Shown: in pieces, positions 30,013 to 39,977 of the stretch | How the letters are laid out: every line of letters starts with the position of its first letter | Position numbering within the stretch: position 1 is the stretch's first letter | Assembly (NCBI GenBank): GCA_049700215.1 | Contig: JBNAVT010000001.1 | Location: 32,001-96,000 of the forward strand | Direction of reading: 5' to 3' | DNA from: Thermoproteota archaeon | Lineage (GTDB): Archaea > Thermoproteota > EX4484-205 > JAAOZP01 | Length of the DNA stretch: 64,000 bases | Notes under the pieces: generated by a model | What the model was told of the DNA's origin: nothing | The model's database searches: none | Seen by the model: the letters and a program-made list of their open reading frames with translations, nothing else | Translations under genes and position numbers: made by a program

Positions 30013-31107
30013 GTGGAAACAGAGAGCAGGAAGGCTGAGCACATCCGAATAGTCCTTGAGAAGGATGTTTCCTCCAGGGTTTCCGCGGGCTTCGAGGATG
30101 TCGAGCTTATTCACAATGCTGTTTGCGAGATTGATTTGAGCGAGATAGATACTAGTGTCACAGTCATGGGTAAGAGGCTTAGGCTGCCGCTCATAATAGA
30201 GGCTTTAACGGGTGGAACAAGGGAGGCTAAAAGGATAAACACGGGTCTGGCTGAGGTTGCTGAAACCGAGGGGATTGGGATCGGTGTTGGAAGCGTCAGG
30301 GCTGCGATGGAGGATCCTAGCCTGGCTGACACTTACTCGGTGGTCAGGGAAAGGGCTTCGAGGACACTGGTGATTTCGAACATAGGGGCTGCCCAGGTTG
30401 CTAAGCACGGTTCAGAGTATGCTTTGAAAACAATGGAGGTTGTTGGAGCCGACGCTTTAGCCATACATTTCAACAAGCTTCAGGAGCTGGCTATGCCTGA
30501 GGGAGAAACATGTTTCAAAGGATATGGGCCGCATATAATTGAGCTTTCCAGGAAGCTCGGCGAAAAGCTGTGTTTGAAGGAGACTGGCGCAGGCTTCAGC
30601 TGCGAGGCTGCAAGGCTCGCAGAATCCTGGGGTGTTGAATGGGTTGACGTCGCTGGTGTCGGTGGGACAAGCTGGTACGCTGTGGAGTATTACCGTTCAA
30701 AGGGTAGCGGGAGTAAGGCTTCTCTGCTGGGTAAGTCTCTCTGGGACTGGGGTGTCCCGACGGCTGTCAGCATCGTTGAATCAAAGATGTGTGCAAAGAG
30801 CCTTAGGGTGATCGCGAGCGGGGGCGTCAGGACTGGTGTTGACGCTGCTAAGGCTATGGCGCTTGGAGCCAGCTGCGTGGGCATGGCTAGGCCTTTCCTA
30901 GTCTCCTTCTCGAAGGGTGGTGTAGAGGAGGCTAGAAGGCTGGTTAAATCGTTCGAGCTCGCCTTAAGATTCACAATGCTCCTCGTCGGCGCCAGGAGTG
31001 TTGAGGAGCTCGGCTTAGTGCCGCTGGTGGTAACGGGTAGGACGGCTGAATGGCTTGAGCAGAGAGGGCTTTTGAAAAAGCTTCTAAGCGGGAGGGGGAG
31101 CATATGA
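30013..31107 (+). CDS. fni: Type 2 isopentenyl-diphosphate isomerase
   Basis: RKAEHI, ALTGG, LQE..MPEG, KETG.G, GGTSW, ASGGVR.G. Confidence 0.95.
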   Translation: METESRKAEHIRIVLEKDVSSRVSAGFEDVELIHNAVCEIDLSEIDTSVTVMGKRLRLPLIIEALTGGTREAKRINTGLAEVAETEGIGIGVGSVRAAMEDPSLADTYSVVRERASRTLVISNIGAAQVAKHGSEYALKTMEVVGADALAIHFNKLQELAMPEGETCFKGYGPHIIELSRKLGEKLCLKETGAGFSCEAARLAESWGVEWVDVAGVGGTSWYAVEYYRSKGSGSKASLLGKSLWDWGVPTAVSIVESKMCAKSLRVIASGGVRTGVDAAKAMALGASCVGMARPFLVSFSKGGVEEARRLVKSFELALRFTMLLVGARSVEELGLVPLVVTGRTAEWLEQRGLLKKLLSGRGSI

Positions 31108-32828
31108 GCGAGGAGCTCCTCAGCCTGATCGAGAGGCTTGCCCTGGAGAACGCTCTGGCTTTCAAGGGCGTGGCTAGGGCTGAAGCGGTGCTTGGGAAAC
31201 TGCTCGGCATGAACCCTAGCTTGAGAAGCAGTGTTAAGGAGCTTATTCCGGTGATCCGGGAGGTGGCTGAAAGAGTTAACAGGCTTACGCTTGACGAGCA
31301 GGCTGAGCTTCTCAGGAGGCTCGGGGCTTTTGAGAAGACGGAGAAGGCTTTGAAGCAGGAGCCTCCGTCACTACCCAGGGCAGAAGGCTTCAGCCAGGTG
31401 GTTTTAAGGTTCGCCCCGAACCCAGACGGGCCGCTTACGCTCGGCAACGCTAGGCCAGCCGTGCTCTGCGACTATTATGCTAAGAGGATGAACGGGAGGC
31501 TTATCCTAAGGTTTGAAGACACGTCGCCGTCGGTTAAGCCGCCGTTAAGAGAGGCTTACGACTGGATTGTTGAAGACCTGGAGTGGCTCGGCATCCATCC
31601 GGATGAGACGCATTACCAGTCGGACAGGCTTCAAACATACTACGGCTATGCTGAGGAGTTTCTGGAGAAGGGCTTCGCATACGTCTGCTTATGCAAGCCT
31701 GAGGAGTTCAGGCTTTTCGAAAAAAAGGGTGAGCCGTGCCCACATAGGGATCAGGAGCCCAGCGTAAGCCTGAGCCTCTGGGAGAAGATGCTGAACGGGG
31801 GCCTTAACCCGGGTGAGGCTGTTGTGAGAGTCAAGACTGACATGAAGCATCCTAATCCTGCTGTGAGAGACTGGCCTGCGTTAAGAATAGATGTTGCAAA
31901 GCATCCCAGGGTTTCGGGCTTCAGGGTCTGGCCGCTCTACAACTGGTCGTGCGCCATCGACGATTATGAGATGAGGGTTTCCCACGTGATAAGGGGTAGG
32001 GAGCATTTGACCAACGAGGTCCGCCAATCCTACGTTTTCAAATACTTGAACTCTCCGCCACCGGTTTCAATACATATAGGCAGGGTCAGGCTTGAGGGCA
32101 GTGTTTTAAGCAAGTCTAGGATAATGAGGGGTCTGGCGGAGGGGTCTTACATCGGTCTTGACGATCCTAGGCTAGGCACGCTTAAGGCTCTGAGGAGAAG
32201 AGGCTTCAAGCCCGAGGTGATCAGGAGGGTTGTGCTTGAAATGGGTTTGAACATAGCTGAGTCAACCGTTAAATGGGAGAACCTTTACGCTTACAACAGG
32301 GAGGCTGTCGACTGGGAGGCTGAGCGATACTATTTCGTTAAAGACCCTGTAACGATGATTGTTAGAAGCATCCCGCAGCAGGTTGAGGCAAGGCTTTTCA
32401 GGCACCCGAGCAGGCCTGAGCTTGGTTCTAGAATTATTGTTTTAAAGCCTTCAAACGGAGAGGCTAGGCTGATCGTCTCCTCTGAAGACGTTGAGAACCT
32501 GGCTCCCGGTTCAAGGCTCAGGCTAATATCGCTCTTCAACGTTGAGGTCGAGGATGCTGACCCGCATAGTAGGACTGTTAAAGCCGTTTTCAAGGGCCTA
32601 GAGGTTCCTGAGAAATCCTCCGGAGTAAAGCTGATCCAGTGGGTTCTCCCGAGTGACGCTGTGAAAACAGTGGTCCTGATGCCTGACGCCAGTGTCGCAG
32701 AGGGCCTAGGCGAGTCCCCTTTAACACTTCTTGATCCAGGCAGGGTTATCCAGCTTGTTCGATTCGGCTTCTGTAGGGTGGAGGCTGTTTCTAAAGACGC
32801 GGTCAACCTGGTTTTCTCACACCCTTAA
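31104..32828 (+). CDS. gltX: Glutamyl-tRNA synthetase
   Basis: RFAPNPDGPLTLGNAR, RFEDT, HVIRG, LSKS, QLVRFGF. Confidence 0.95.
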   Translation: MSEELLSLIERLALENALAFKGVARAEAVLGKLLGMNPSLRSSVKELIPVIREVAERVNRLTLDEQAELLRRLGAFEKTEKALKQEPPSLPRAEGFSQVVLRFAPNPDGPLTLGNARPAVLCDYYAKRMNGRLILRFEDTSPSVKPPLREAYDWIVEDLEWLGIHPDETHYQSDRLQTYYGYAEEFLEKGFAYVCLCKPEEFRLFEKKGEPCPHRDQEPSVSLSLWEKMLNGGLNPGEAVVRVKTDMKHPNPAVRDWPALRIDVAKHPRVSGFRVWPLYNWSCAIDDYEMRVSHVIRGREHLTNEVRQSYVFKYLNSPPPVSIHIGRVRLEGSVLSKSRIMRGLAEGSYIGLDDPRLGTLKALRRRGFKPEVIRRVVLEMGLNIAESTVKWENLYAYNREAVDWEAERYYFVKDPVTMIVRSIPQQVEARLFRHPSRPELGSRIIVLKPSNGEARLIVSSEDVENLAPGSRLRLISLFNVEVEDADPHSRTVKAVFKGLEVPEKSSGVKLIQWVLPSDAVKTVVLMPDASVAEGLGESPLTLLDPGRVIQLVRFGFCRVEAVSKDAVNLVFSHP

Positions 32829-32892
32829 AAGCGCATCAAGTTTTTATACCCCTCTATCCCCGTGTGTGGAAGGGTAGAGGTGCTTAACGGAA

Positions 32893-33285
32893 ATGGTTAG
32901 GGTTACAACGGCTGAATACGAGCCGAGTAAGGAGCTCGTCGAGGAAGCGTTAGAACTGCTTAGGATCGCCTCCAAGACTGGTAAGGTTAAAAGAGGCACC
33001 AATGAAACCACGAAAGCCCTTGAAAGAGGGGTGGCTAAACTAGCGTACGTGGCTGACAACACTGACCCGGTTGAGGTCGTCCTCCACATACCCTTGCTGA
33101 GCAGGGACAGGAAAATCCCTTACATAGTTGTCCCTGATAAGAAGCAGCTCGGCGAGGCTGCTGGGCTCTCCAACGTTTCAGCCGCGGCCGTGGCGATAAT
33201 AGACCCGGGTGAGGCTGCTCCCATGCTTGAAAGCGTCGCTAAGAAGATAGAGTCTGCAAGGGCTAAGGCTGGGGGAAGCAGTTGA
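32893..33285 (+). CDS. rpl7ae: Ribosomal protein L7Ae
   Basis: [23 protein letters not shown]. Confidence 0.97.
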   Translation: MVRVTTAEYEPSKELVEEALELLRIASKTGKVKRGTNETTKALERGVAKLAYVADNTDPVEVVLHIPLLSRDRKIPYIVVPDKKQLGEAAGLSNVSAAAVAIIDPGEAAPMLESVAKKIESARAKAGGSS

Positions 33286-33488
33286 GCGAGGAAGCTACTC
33301 CTGCAGAGGTTGTCGAGCTGGTAGCAAGGTCCGGTGCTTCAGGAGAGGTTACTCAAGTCAGGGTGAGGATTCTCACGGGAAGAGACAAGGGCAGGGTTAT
33401 TCTCAGGAACGTGCGCGGCCCGGTTAGGGTTGGAGACGTACTTATGCTGAGGGAGACTGAGAGGGAAGCCAGAAGGTTCTCAGGGTGA
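33282..33488 (+). CDS. rps28e: 30S ribosomal protein S28e
   Basis: [27 protein letters not shown]. Confidence 0.96.
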   Translation: MSEEATPAEVVELVARSGASGEVTQVRVRILTGRDKGRVILRNVRGPVRVGDVLMLRETEREARRFSG

Positions 33489-33494
33489 TGAGCC

Positions 33495-33692
33495 ACGCCC
33501 ACAGCCTTCAAATGCAGCTTCTGCGACAAGACGTTTCTGATCGGTGAGGGTGTTCTTTACGTTAAGAGAGACGGAAGCATCCTGAGGTTCTGCAGCTCCA
33601 AGTGCTTGAGAAACTCTGTTAAACTCGGCAGGAACCCTAGGAAGGTCAAGTGGGCTGCTGGGAGAACTCGGCCCGGAGGCTTGTCTCAATGA
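33495..33692 (+). CDS. rpl24e: 50S ribosomal protein L24e (apparent ACG start; absent from ORF track)
   Basis: Manual translation xPTAFKCSFCDKTFLIGEGVLYVKRDGSILRFCSSKC...RNPRKVKW; in-frame stops immediately upstream. Confidence 0.9.
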   Translation, partial: TPTAFKCSFCDKTFLIGEGVLYVKRDGSILRFCSSKCLRNSVKLGRNPRKVKWAAGRTRPGGLSQ

Positions 33693-34348
33693 GGCTCGTG
33701 ATCTTCGGCCCGCCTGGCTCAGGCAAGGGCACGTATGCTTCAAGGCTTGCGCCGAGGCTTGGAGTACCGCATATTTCAACCGGGGATATTTTGAGGGATG
33801 AGGTGAAGAGCGGCTCCGAGCTTGGGAAAAACATATCGAGCTATGTTTCAAGCGGGAGGCTTGTTCCAGACGAGGTTGTGAACATGGTTATGGCGAAAAG
33901 GCTTTCTCAGGAGGACTGTAGGAAGGGCTTCATACTTGACGGTTACCCGAGGACGCTGCAGCAGGCCTGTTTCCTGGAAAAGGTTTCGAAAATAGACTTC
34001 GTGATAAACCTGAACGTTCCGGATGAGGTGATAGTCAGACGCTTGTCTTCAAGGCTTGTCTGCAGGAAATGCGGCGCAATATACAATAGGATAACGATGC
34101 CGCCGAAGGTTGACTGTGTTTGCGACAAGTGTGGCGGCGAGCTTTATCAGAGGGATGACGATAAGCCTGAAGTCGTAAGGGAAAGAATAAGGATCTATAA
34201 GAGTGAGGCTGCTCCGCTGCTTGAGCACTACCGTAGGGCTGGGGTGGCTGTAATAGATTTCTTCTACGAGCCCGATGAGACTGGTGGAGACGTTCCGCCA
34301 GACGTTGCCGCGGAAAGGATTCTTAAGGCTCTTAAAGGCTCATGCTGA
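33689..34348 (+). CDS. adk: Adenylate kinase, bacterial-type with Cys4 zinc lid
   Basis: GPPGSGKGT, HISTGDILR, GFILDGYPRT, CRKCG...CDKCG, QRDDD. Confidence 0.93.
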   Translation: MRLVIFGPPGSGKGTYASRLAPRLGVPHISTGDILRDEVKSGSELGKNISSYVSSGRLVPDEVVNMVMAKRLSQEDCRKGFILDGYPRTLQQACFLEKVSKIDFVINLNVPDEVIVRRLSSRLVCRKCGAIYNRITMPPKVDCVCDKCGGELYQRDDDKPEVVRERIRIYKSEAAPLLEHYRRAGVAVIDFFYEPDETGGDVPPDVAAERILKALKGSC

Positions 34349-34553
34349 TTCCGAGGCTTCGACGGGCTGCGCTAACGCGAGGCCCTAGAGCGTCTAGACG
34401 GGGAGCACGTTTCTCTCCAAAGGCTAATCCACGTGTTTTTAAGCCTGTTCACGGCTTTTTCAACCCTCAGACTAGTGGCCAGCCTGCTTAATCACGGGAG
34501 ATAGAGATTAATACTTCCACGCCGCCAGTGACCCTGAAGGTGCTGTGTTAAAA

Positions 34554-36323
34554 ATGGGTGTTAGAGAGCCCATCGTGGTCGTCCTTGGGCATGTCGACAG
34601 CGGTAAGACGTCTCTGCTGGACAAGATACGCGGCACCTTCGTCGCTATGAGGGAGGCCGGCGGCATAACTCAACACGTCGGGGCAAGCCTAATACCGGCT
34701 GAAGTCATAGTTAGAGTGGCTAAGACGCTTAACATAAGGCTGGAGGAGAGGCTAAGGGTCCCTGGAATACTTTTCATCGACACGCCTGGGCACGAGGCCT
34801 TCGTAAACCTTAGGAGGAGAGGCGGGTCTATCGCCGACTTCGCCATCCTCGTGATAGACCTTGTTAAAGGGGTTGAGCCCCAGACTGTCGAGTCCCTAGA
34901 TATCCTTAGGGCTAGGAAGACCCCGTTTCTTATCGCGGCGAACAAGATTGATCTTCTCCCTGGTTGGAAGCCCCAGGGTGTTTTAAGCGTGCTTCAATCA
35001 CTCTCCAAGCAGGATGAGAGGGTTAAGCGGAGTCTTGACGAGCATCTCTACAGGATAATCGGTGATCTTTCAGCAATGGGCTTCAGGTCAGACAGGTTCG
35101 ACCGGTTGACTGACTTCAGGAGGAATGTTGCGATAGTGCCTGTGAGCGCGGTAACAGGGGAAGGGGTCTCCGAGCTTATAGCGGTCTTAATCGGGCTTGT
35201 CCAACAGTTTCTGATAAGCGGGCTTGAGTGCAGCGAGGGCCCTGCGAGGGGTGTTGTGCTGGAGGTTGTTGAGGAGACGGGGATGGGAACTACTGTGAAC
35301 GCTGTCATCTTCGACGGCGTGCTGAGGAGCGGCGACACGATTGTGCTAATGGGCCTGAGCAAGCCGATCGTTACAAAGGTTAGGGCTCTTCTCATGCCTA
35401 AGCCTCTTGACGAGATGAGGGATCCGAGGGACAGGTTCAACCAGGTTGAAGAAGTCAGGCCATCCGCAGGGGTTAAGATTGTTGCGCCAAACCTGGAGGA
35501 TGCTCTACCCGGCTCTCCTTTAACAGTCGCCTCCGGGAGCATTGAGGAGGCTGTTAGAGGAGTCACGTCTGAGGTGGAGTCGATAAGGATCAGGAGTGGC
35601 GAGGAGGGCGTCGTGGTTAAAGCGGACACGCTCGGCTCTCTTGAAGCCATCGTGGGGGAGCTTGAGAAGAAGGGTGTTCCAGTCAGGCTTGGAGACCTTG
35701 GTCCTGTTTCCGAGAGGGACGTTATTGAAGCATCCATCTCTTCGCAGGACCCGACTCTCAGGGTCCTGCTGGCGTTCAACGTTAGACTGATGCCTGAAGC
35801 GGTTGAGGAGGCTAGGAGGAGGAGTGTTCCGGTTTTCCACGGCAGGATCATCTACAGGCTGGTTGAAGAGTTTCTAGAGTGGCGTAGGCAGGAGAAGCAG
35901 AGGGAGGCAAGCATGCAGCTAGAGCAGCTAATACTCCCAGCCAGGATTAGAATCCTGCCTGCATACGTCTTCAGAAGGAGTAAGCCCGCTATAGTCGGCG
36001 TTAAGGTTGAGGCGGGCGGAATAAAGCCGGGCTACCCCTTGATAAATACTAAAGGCGAGAAAATAGGAGTTATCGACCAGATTCAGAAGGAGGGTAAGAG
36101 TGTTCCCAAGGCTGAGGCTGGGGAGGAGGTTGCAATCTCCATACCTGAGGCAATAGTTGGCAGGAACCTGAGGGAGGAGGATGTTCTCCTTGTAGACGTG
36201 CCGAGTAGGGACGCATCCCTGATAAACAGGGTTTTCAAAGAGCAGTTGGAGCCCCACTATCTCCAGGCGTTGGAGGAGGTCTCTAGGCTTAAGAAGAGGG
36301 ATAACCCGTTCTACGGCTTGTAG
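34554..36323 (+). CDS. infB: Translation initiation factor aIF5B/IF2
   Basis: GHVDSGKT, EAGGITQH, DTPGHEAF, NKID. Confidence 0.96.
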   Translation: MGVREPIVVVLGHVDSGKTSLLDKIRGTFVAMREAGGITQHVGASLIPAEVIVRVAKTLNIRLEERLRVPGILFIDTPGHEAFVNLRRRGGSIADFAILVIDLVKGVEPQTVESLDILRARKTPFLIAANKIDLLPGWKPQGVLSVLQSLSKQDERVKRSLDEHLYRIIGDLSAMGFRSDRFDRLTDFRRNVAIVPVSAVTGEGVSELIAVLIGLVQQFLISGLECSEGPARGVVLEVVEETGMGTTVNAVIFDGVLRSGDTIVLMGLSKPIVTKVRALLMPKPLDEMRDPRDRFNQVEEVRPSAGVKIVAPNLEDALPGSPLTVASGSIEEAVRGVTSEVESIRIRSGEEGVVVKADTLGSLEAIVGELEKKGVPVRLGDLGPVSERDVIEASISSQDPTLRVLLAFNVRLMPEAVEEARRRSVPVFHGRIIYRLVEEFLEWRRQEKQREASMQLEQLILPARIRILPAYVFRRSKPAIVGVKVEAGGIKPGYPLINTKGEKIGVIDQIQKEGKSVPKAEAGEEVAISIPEAIVGRNLREEDVLLVDVPSRDASLINRVFKEQLEPHYLQALEEVSRLKKRDNPFYGL

Positions 36324-36435
36324 TTTAAAACACGCCTGTAAAGGGCTACGCTTTCTTCCGAGTGTTTTTAAACGTTGCAGAGGCTTCTCGACGCTGGGTA
36401 ATGTTTTAATACTGGTTTAACAGCCATACTGCTGC

Positions 36436-36780
36436 ATGCCGCCTGAATTCAAGCTGTGCATCTCCGACCCTAAGAGTGGTAAAACCGAGTCGGTTAAGCT
36501 GGAGGGAAGTAGTGCTATCCCTCTGCTCGGCTTAAAGATAGGAAGCGTTGTAGACGGCTCTATCGCCGGTAAGCCGGGAGTCAAGCTAATGATAACCGGG
36601 GGGTCGGACAGGTCCGGCATACCGATGGTCCCCTCTGTCCAAGGCGGTGTTAAAAAAGAGATCTGGGTTAAGAGGAAGACTGTTGTCGGAGAAACAAGGA
36701 GGAAAATGCTGGTGAGGGGTAACCAGGTTTCTGAAGAGATTTACCAGGTTAACATGAAGATTATCACTGGAGACGCTTGA
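36436..36780 (+). CDS. rps6e: 30S ribosomal protein S6e
   Basis: FKL.ISDP, ITGGSD.SG.PM, VRG. Confidence 0.93.
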   Translation: MPPEFKLCISDPKSGKTESVKLEGSSAIPLLGLKIGSVVDGSIAGKPGVKLMITGGSDRSGIPMVPSVQGGVKKEIWVKRKTVVGETRRKMLVRGNQVSEEIYQVNMKIITGDA

Positions 36781-36871
36781 AAACTAAGCTTGTAGGCGCG
36801 TCGAGCTCGCGTAAGCACTCGCCATTTAAAGATTATAAATAGGCTTGCCTCATCTACGGTGAGTTGGGAAC

Positions 36872-38167
36872 ATGTCGCAGCCAGCTGAGTCCGCGAAAAT
36901 GATGGTCGCTCATGGTTCTGGTAAAGAAATAGATAATTATAAACGTATTCAACCATGTCTAAATTTGGGGACTCTGGGTCACGTAGATCATGGGAAGACT
37001 ACTCTCGTACAAGCCATCACCGGTGTCTGGACCGCTAAGCACAGTGATGAACTGAAAAGGGGTATAACGATAAAGCTTGGCTACGCTAACTTCAGTGTTT
37101 TCCAATGCCCGAAGTGTCCGCTGCCATACAACTTCGTGACGACCCCCAGATGCTCATGCGGCTCCGAGGCTGTCTTCCAGAGGAAGATAAGCTTCGTGGA
37201 CTCGCCTGGCCACGAGATATTGATGACTACTATGCTGAGTGGTGCCGCCGTCATGGATGCCGCAATACTTGTGATCGGCGCGGATGAGGTTTGCCCTCAG
37301 CCCCAGACCTATGAGCATCTCCTGGCTGCTGAGATAATGGGCATTAAGAGGCTGATCGTAGTCCAGAATAAGATCGACATAGTTTCCAGGGAGAGGGCCT
37401 TGAAAAACCTGGAGGAGATTAAGAACTTCCTCTCTGAAACGAGGTTTGCCGACGCTACCATAGTGCCGGTTTCCGCGCAGCACAAGGTTAACGTGGACGT
37501 GTTGCTCTACGTTATTCAGAAAGAGGTTCCAACACCGGTTTTCGACCTAAGCTCCCCGGCTAGGATGATAGTGATAAGGTCTTTCGACGTTAACAGGCCT
37601 GGTACTCCGGTTAGAGAGATGAGAGGCGGAATACTGGGCGGCTCGATCATCAGGGGGGAGATAAGGGTTGGAGATGAGGTTGAAATACTGCCTGGCCTAA
37701 GGGTTAAGAAGGATGACGCTGTTGAAACCATACCGCTTATTGCTGAAGTGGTTTCAGTGGGCTTCGACAATGTTTTTGTAGAAAGCGTCAGGAGCGGGGG
37801 TCTAGTCGGAATTGGGACAACCCTCGACCCTTCCCTGACTAAGAACGACCTGCTGGTGGGAAACCTTGCCGGGAAGCCCGGTACGCTCCCACCCGTTACA
37901 AGAAGCATTACCCTTGAATACAGCATGTTTGAAAGGGTTGTTGGCGTCAGAGGCCTTGTGAAGACGGAGCCCATCCGGGCTGGGGAGGTTTTGAACGTTA
38001 ACGTCGGCTCAGCGTTAACGCAGGCGGTCGTGAAGGATGTTAAGGATAACAGGATCAACCTAAGCCTCAAGATGCCTGTCTGCGCTGAGAAGGGTCAGAG
38101 GATTGCTGTGAGCAGGCTTGTCGAGAGGCGTTGGAGGCTTATCGGCCACGGTGTGCTTGTTGATTGA
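36872..38167 (+). CDS. eif2g: Translation initiation factor aIF2 gamma
   Basis: GHVDHGKTT, ELKRGITIKLGY, DSPGHE, RWRLIG.G; start uncertain. Confidence 0.96.
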   Translation: MSQPAESAKMMVAHGSGKEIDNYKRIQPCLNLGTLGHVDHGKTTLVQAITGVWTAKHSDELKRGITIKLGYANFSVFQCPKCPLPYNFVTTPRCSCGSEAVFQRKISFVDSPGHEILMTTMLSGAAVMDAAILVIGADEVCPQPQTYEHLLAAEIMGIKRLIVVQNKIDIVSRERALKNLEEIKNFLSETRFADATIVPVSAQHKVNVDVLLYVIQKEVPTPVFDLSSPARMIVIRSFDVNRPGTPVREMRGGILGGSIIRGEIRVGDEVEILPGLRVKKDDAVETIPLIAEVVSVGFDNVFVESVRSGGLVGIGTTLDPSLTKNDLLVGNLAGKPGTLPPVTRSITLEYSMFERVVGVRGLVKTEPIRAGEVLNVNVGSALTQAVVKDVKDNRINLSLKMPVCAEKGQRIAVSRLVERRWRLIGHGVLVD

Positions 38168-38553
38168 TGGTGCTCCTGGATTCCAGCGCGCTGCTGGCCC
38201 CCTTCGAAACCGGGGTTGACTTCATAAACGGGATAACTGGTTTAACTCACGGCAGGGTGCTGTTTCTAGTGCCTTTCGAAACCCTCGTTGAGCTTAGGAG
38301 GCTTACCGGGGGTAGGCCTAAGCTGGCTGGCATGGCTAGGCTAGCCCTATCCGTTGCAAGCGGCTTCAGAACCTTGCTTCCAACCGGAATGGGCTGCGAC
38401 GACGCGCTTGTCTACCTTGCAAAAACTTATAAAGCGGCTGTGGCGACAGGCGACAGGACGTTAAGCAGGAGGCTTAGGACCTTGCGTATACCTGTTTTCT
38501 ATCCTTCCGGAGGGGGAAGGATAATTGGGAAAGGATGGTTCGAAAAGGGGTGA
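38164..38553 (+). CDS. PIN-domain protein (Utp24/Fcf1-like) in conserved aIF2g-rpoE cluster
   Basis: VLLDSSAL, DD.L, VATGD..L. Confidence 0.8.
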   Translation: MMVLLDSSALLAPFETGVDFINGITGLTHGRVLFLVPFETLVELRRLTGGRPKLAGMARLALSVASGFRTLLPTGMGCDDALVYLAKTYKAAVATGDRTLSRRLRTLRIPVFYPSGGGRIIGKGWFEKG

Positions 38554-38559
38554 TGAGGG

Positions 38560-39141
38560 TTATTTAAGATAATCGAGCTTGAAGACGTGGTTAAGGTCCC
38601 CCCTTCCAGGCTCGGGGAGCCTGTGACAGAGATTTTCAGAAACGTTCTTAAAGACAGGTATGAGGGTATGGTTATAGAAGGAATCGGCTACATAATTCTC
38701 CTCATTGACTACGAGTTCAACCCTGTGGGGCAGATATCTCCTGGAGACGGTCACAGTTACCACAGGGTTAAGGCGAAGGTGCTTTCCTATTACCCTGAGG
38801 TCAACGAGGTTGTTGAGGGGAGGGTTGTTGAGGTGGAGGAGTTCGGGGTTTTCGTGAGGCTTGTTACGACCGACGCCTTGATGCATGTGAGCCAGATAAC
38901 CGACGACTACATGGATTACAATAGTTCTCAGGGGATACTTGTTGGGAGGCAGACTAAGAGAATAATTCAGAAGAACGACTGGGTTAGGGCGAGGGTGGCT
39001 GCAGTTTCGATAGGCAGGGGAGCAATGACCGACAAGATTGGCTTGACTGCTAGGCAGCCCTTCCTAGGGAAGAGCGAGTGGATTGAGGAGGACATTAGGA
39101 AGCTGGCTGGGGAGAAGCCTAAGCAGGAGGCTAAGGCTTAA
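38560..39141 (+). CDS. rpoE1: RNA polymerase subunit E' (Rpo7); apparent TTA start
   Basis: xFKIIELEDVVKVPP, GDG, FGVFV, HVSQI, KIGLT.RQP.LGK.EW. Confidence 0.93.
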   Translation, partial: LFKIIELEDVVKVPPSRLGEPVTEIFRNVLKDRYEGMVIEGIGYIILLIDYEFNPVGQISPGDGHSYHRVKAKVLSYYPEVNEVVEGRVVEVEEFGVFVRLVTTDALMHVSQITDDYMDYNSSQGILVGRQTKRIIQKNDWVRARVAAVSIGRGAMTDKIGLTARQPFLGKSEWIEEDIRKLAGEKPKQEAKA

Positions 39142-39326
39142 TGCCTCTTAGAGCATGCTTAAACTGTAGAATGATAAGCGATTCGCCGCGGTGTCCAAAC
39201 TGCGGCGGGGAAGAGTTTACGCAGGAGTGGAGTGGCGAGGTTCTTGTTTTCAACCCTGAGGCCTCTTCAATAGCTAAACTCATCGGGGCGAGGGTTCCGG
39301 GAAGATACGCGGTGAGGCTGAGGTAG
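39141..39326 (+). CDS. spt4: Transcription elongation factor Spt4 (RpoE'')
   Basis: ACLNC...CPNCG, W.G, PGRYA. Confidence 0.93.
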   Translation: MPLRACLNCRMISDSPRCPNCGGEEFTQEWSGEVLVFNPEASSIAKLIGARVPGRYAVRLR

Positions 39327-39328
39327 GA

Positions 39329-39826
39329 GTGTTGAAAGCCTCGGAGGAAACGAGAAGGATCGTTAGAAAGCCGTTGGGAGCCCTGCTTGATACGGATGGT
39401 TTAAGAAGGAGGCTGAAAGAGTTTAAAGGGGTCGTTGTCTCCGTCGGCGACGTTGTTTCCCAAAGCCTGTTAGACGCGGGTTTCAACCCGGGTGTATGCG
39501 TGGTTGACGGGAAAACCCTGCGGACACGCCCATACGGTGTCGAGCGCTTCCAACAGGGGAGAAGAGTCTTAAGGCTGGTGAATCCTCCGGGGACAATATC
39601 CGGTGAATCCTGGAGTGTGTTCAAGCAGGCGCTTGACCTAAGGCCTTCAACAATACTGGTTGAAGGCGAGGAGGATCTTCTGACGCTTGTAGCGGTTGAA
39701 ACAGCGCCCGACGGCTCCCTAGTGGTTTACGGGCAGCCGGGGGAGGGCGTGGTCTTAATAGAGGTTAACGCTTCTTCCAGGAAAGTGGTCTCGGAGATCC
39801 TTGGGACAATGGAGGCGTGCGACTAG
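39329..39826 (+). CDS. DUF359 GTP-dependent dephospho-CoA kinase
   Basis: VGDVV, VDGKT.R, NPPG.I, GEEDLL, YGQP.EG. Confidence 0.9.
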   Translation: MLKASEETRRIVRKPLGALLDTDGLRRRLKEFKGVVVSVGDVVSQSLLDAGFNPGVCVVDGKTLRTRPYGVERFQQGRRVLRLVNPPGTISGESWSVFKQALDLRPSTILVEGEEDLLTLVAVETAPDGSLVVYGQPGEGVVLIEVNASSRKVVSEILGTMEACD

Positions 39827-39977
39827 CGTCTGCTCAGCGTAGCGCGCTACTTTACGCATTAAGGATGTGGGTGCTGCTAGCCTAATAATGCGATTTATAC
39901 GGGTTGCATACTCCACGCCGCGCTCGGTCTGTCTACAGTAATGTTTAAAGCCTGACTGCCCGTGGGGAGCACAGCAA

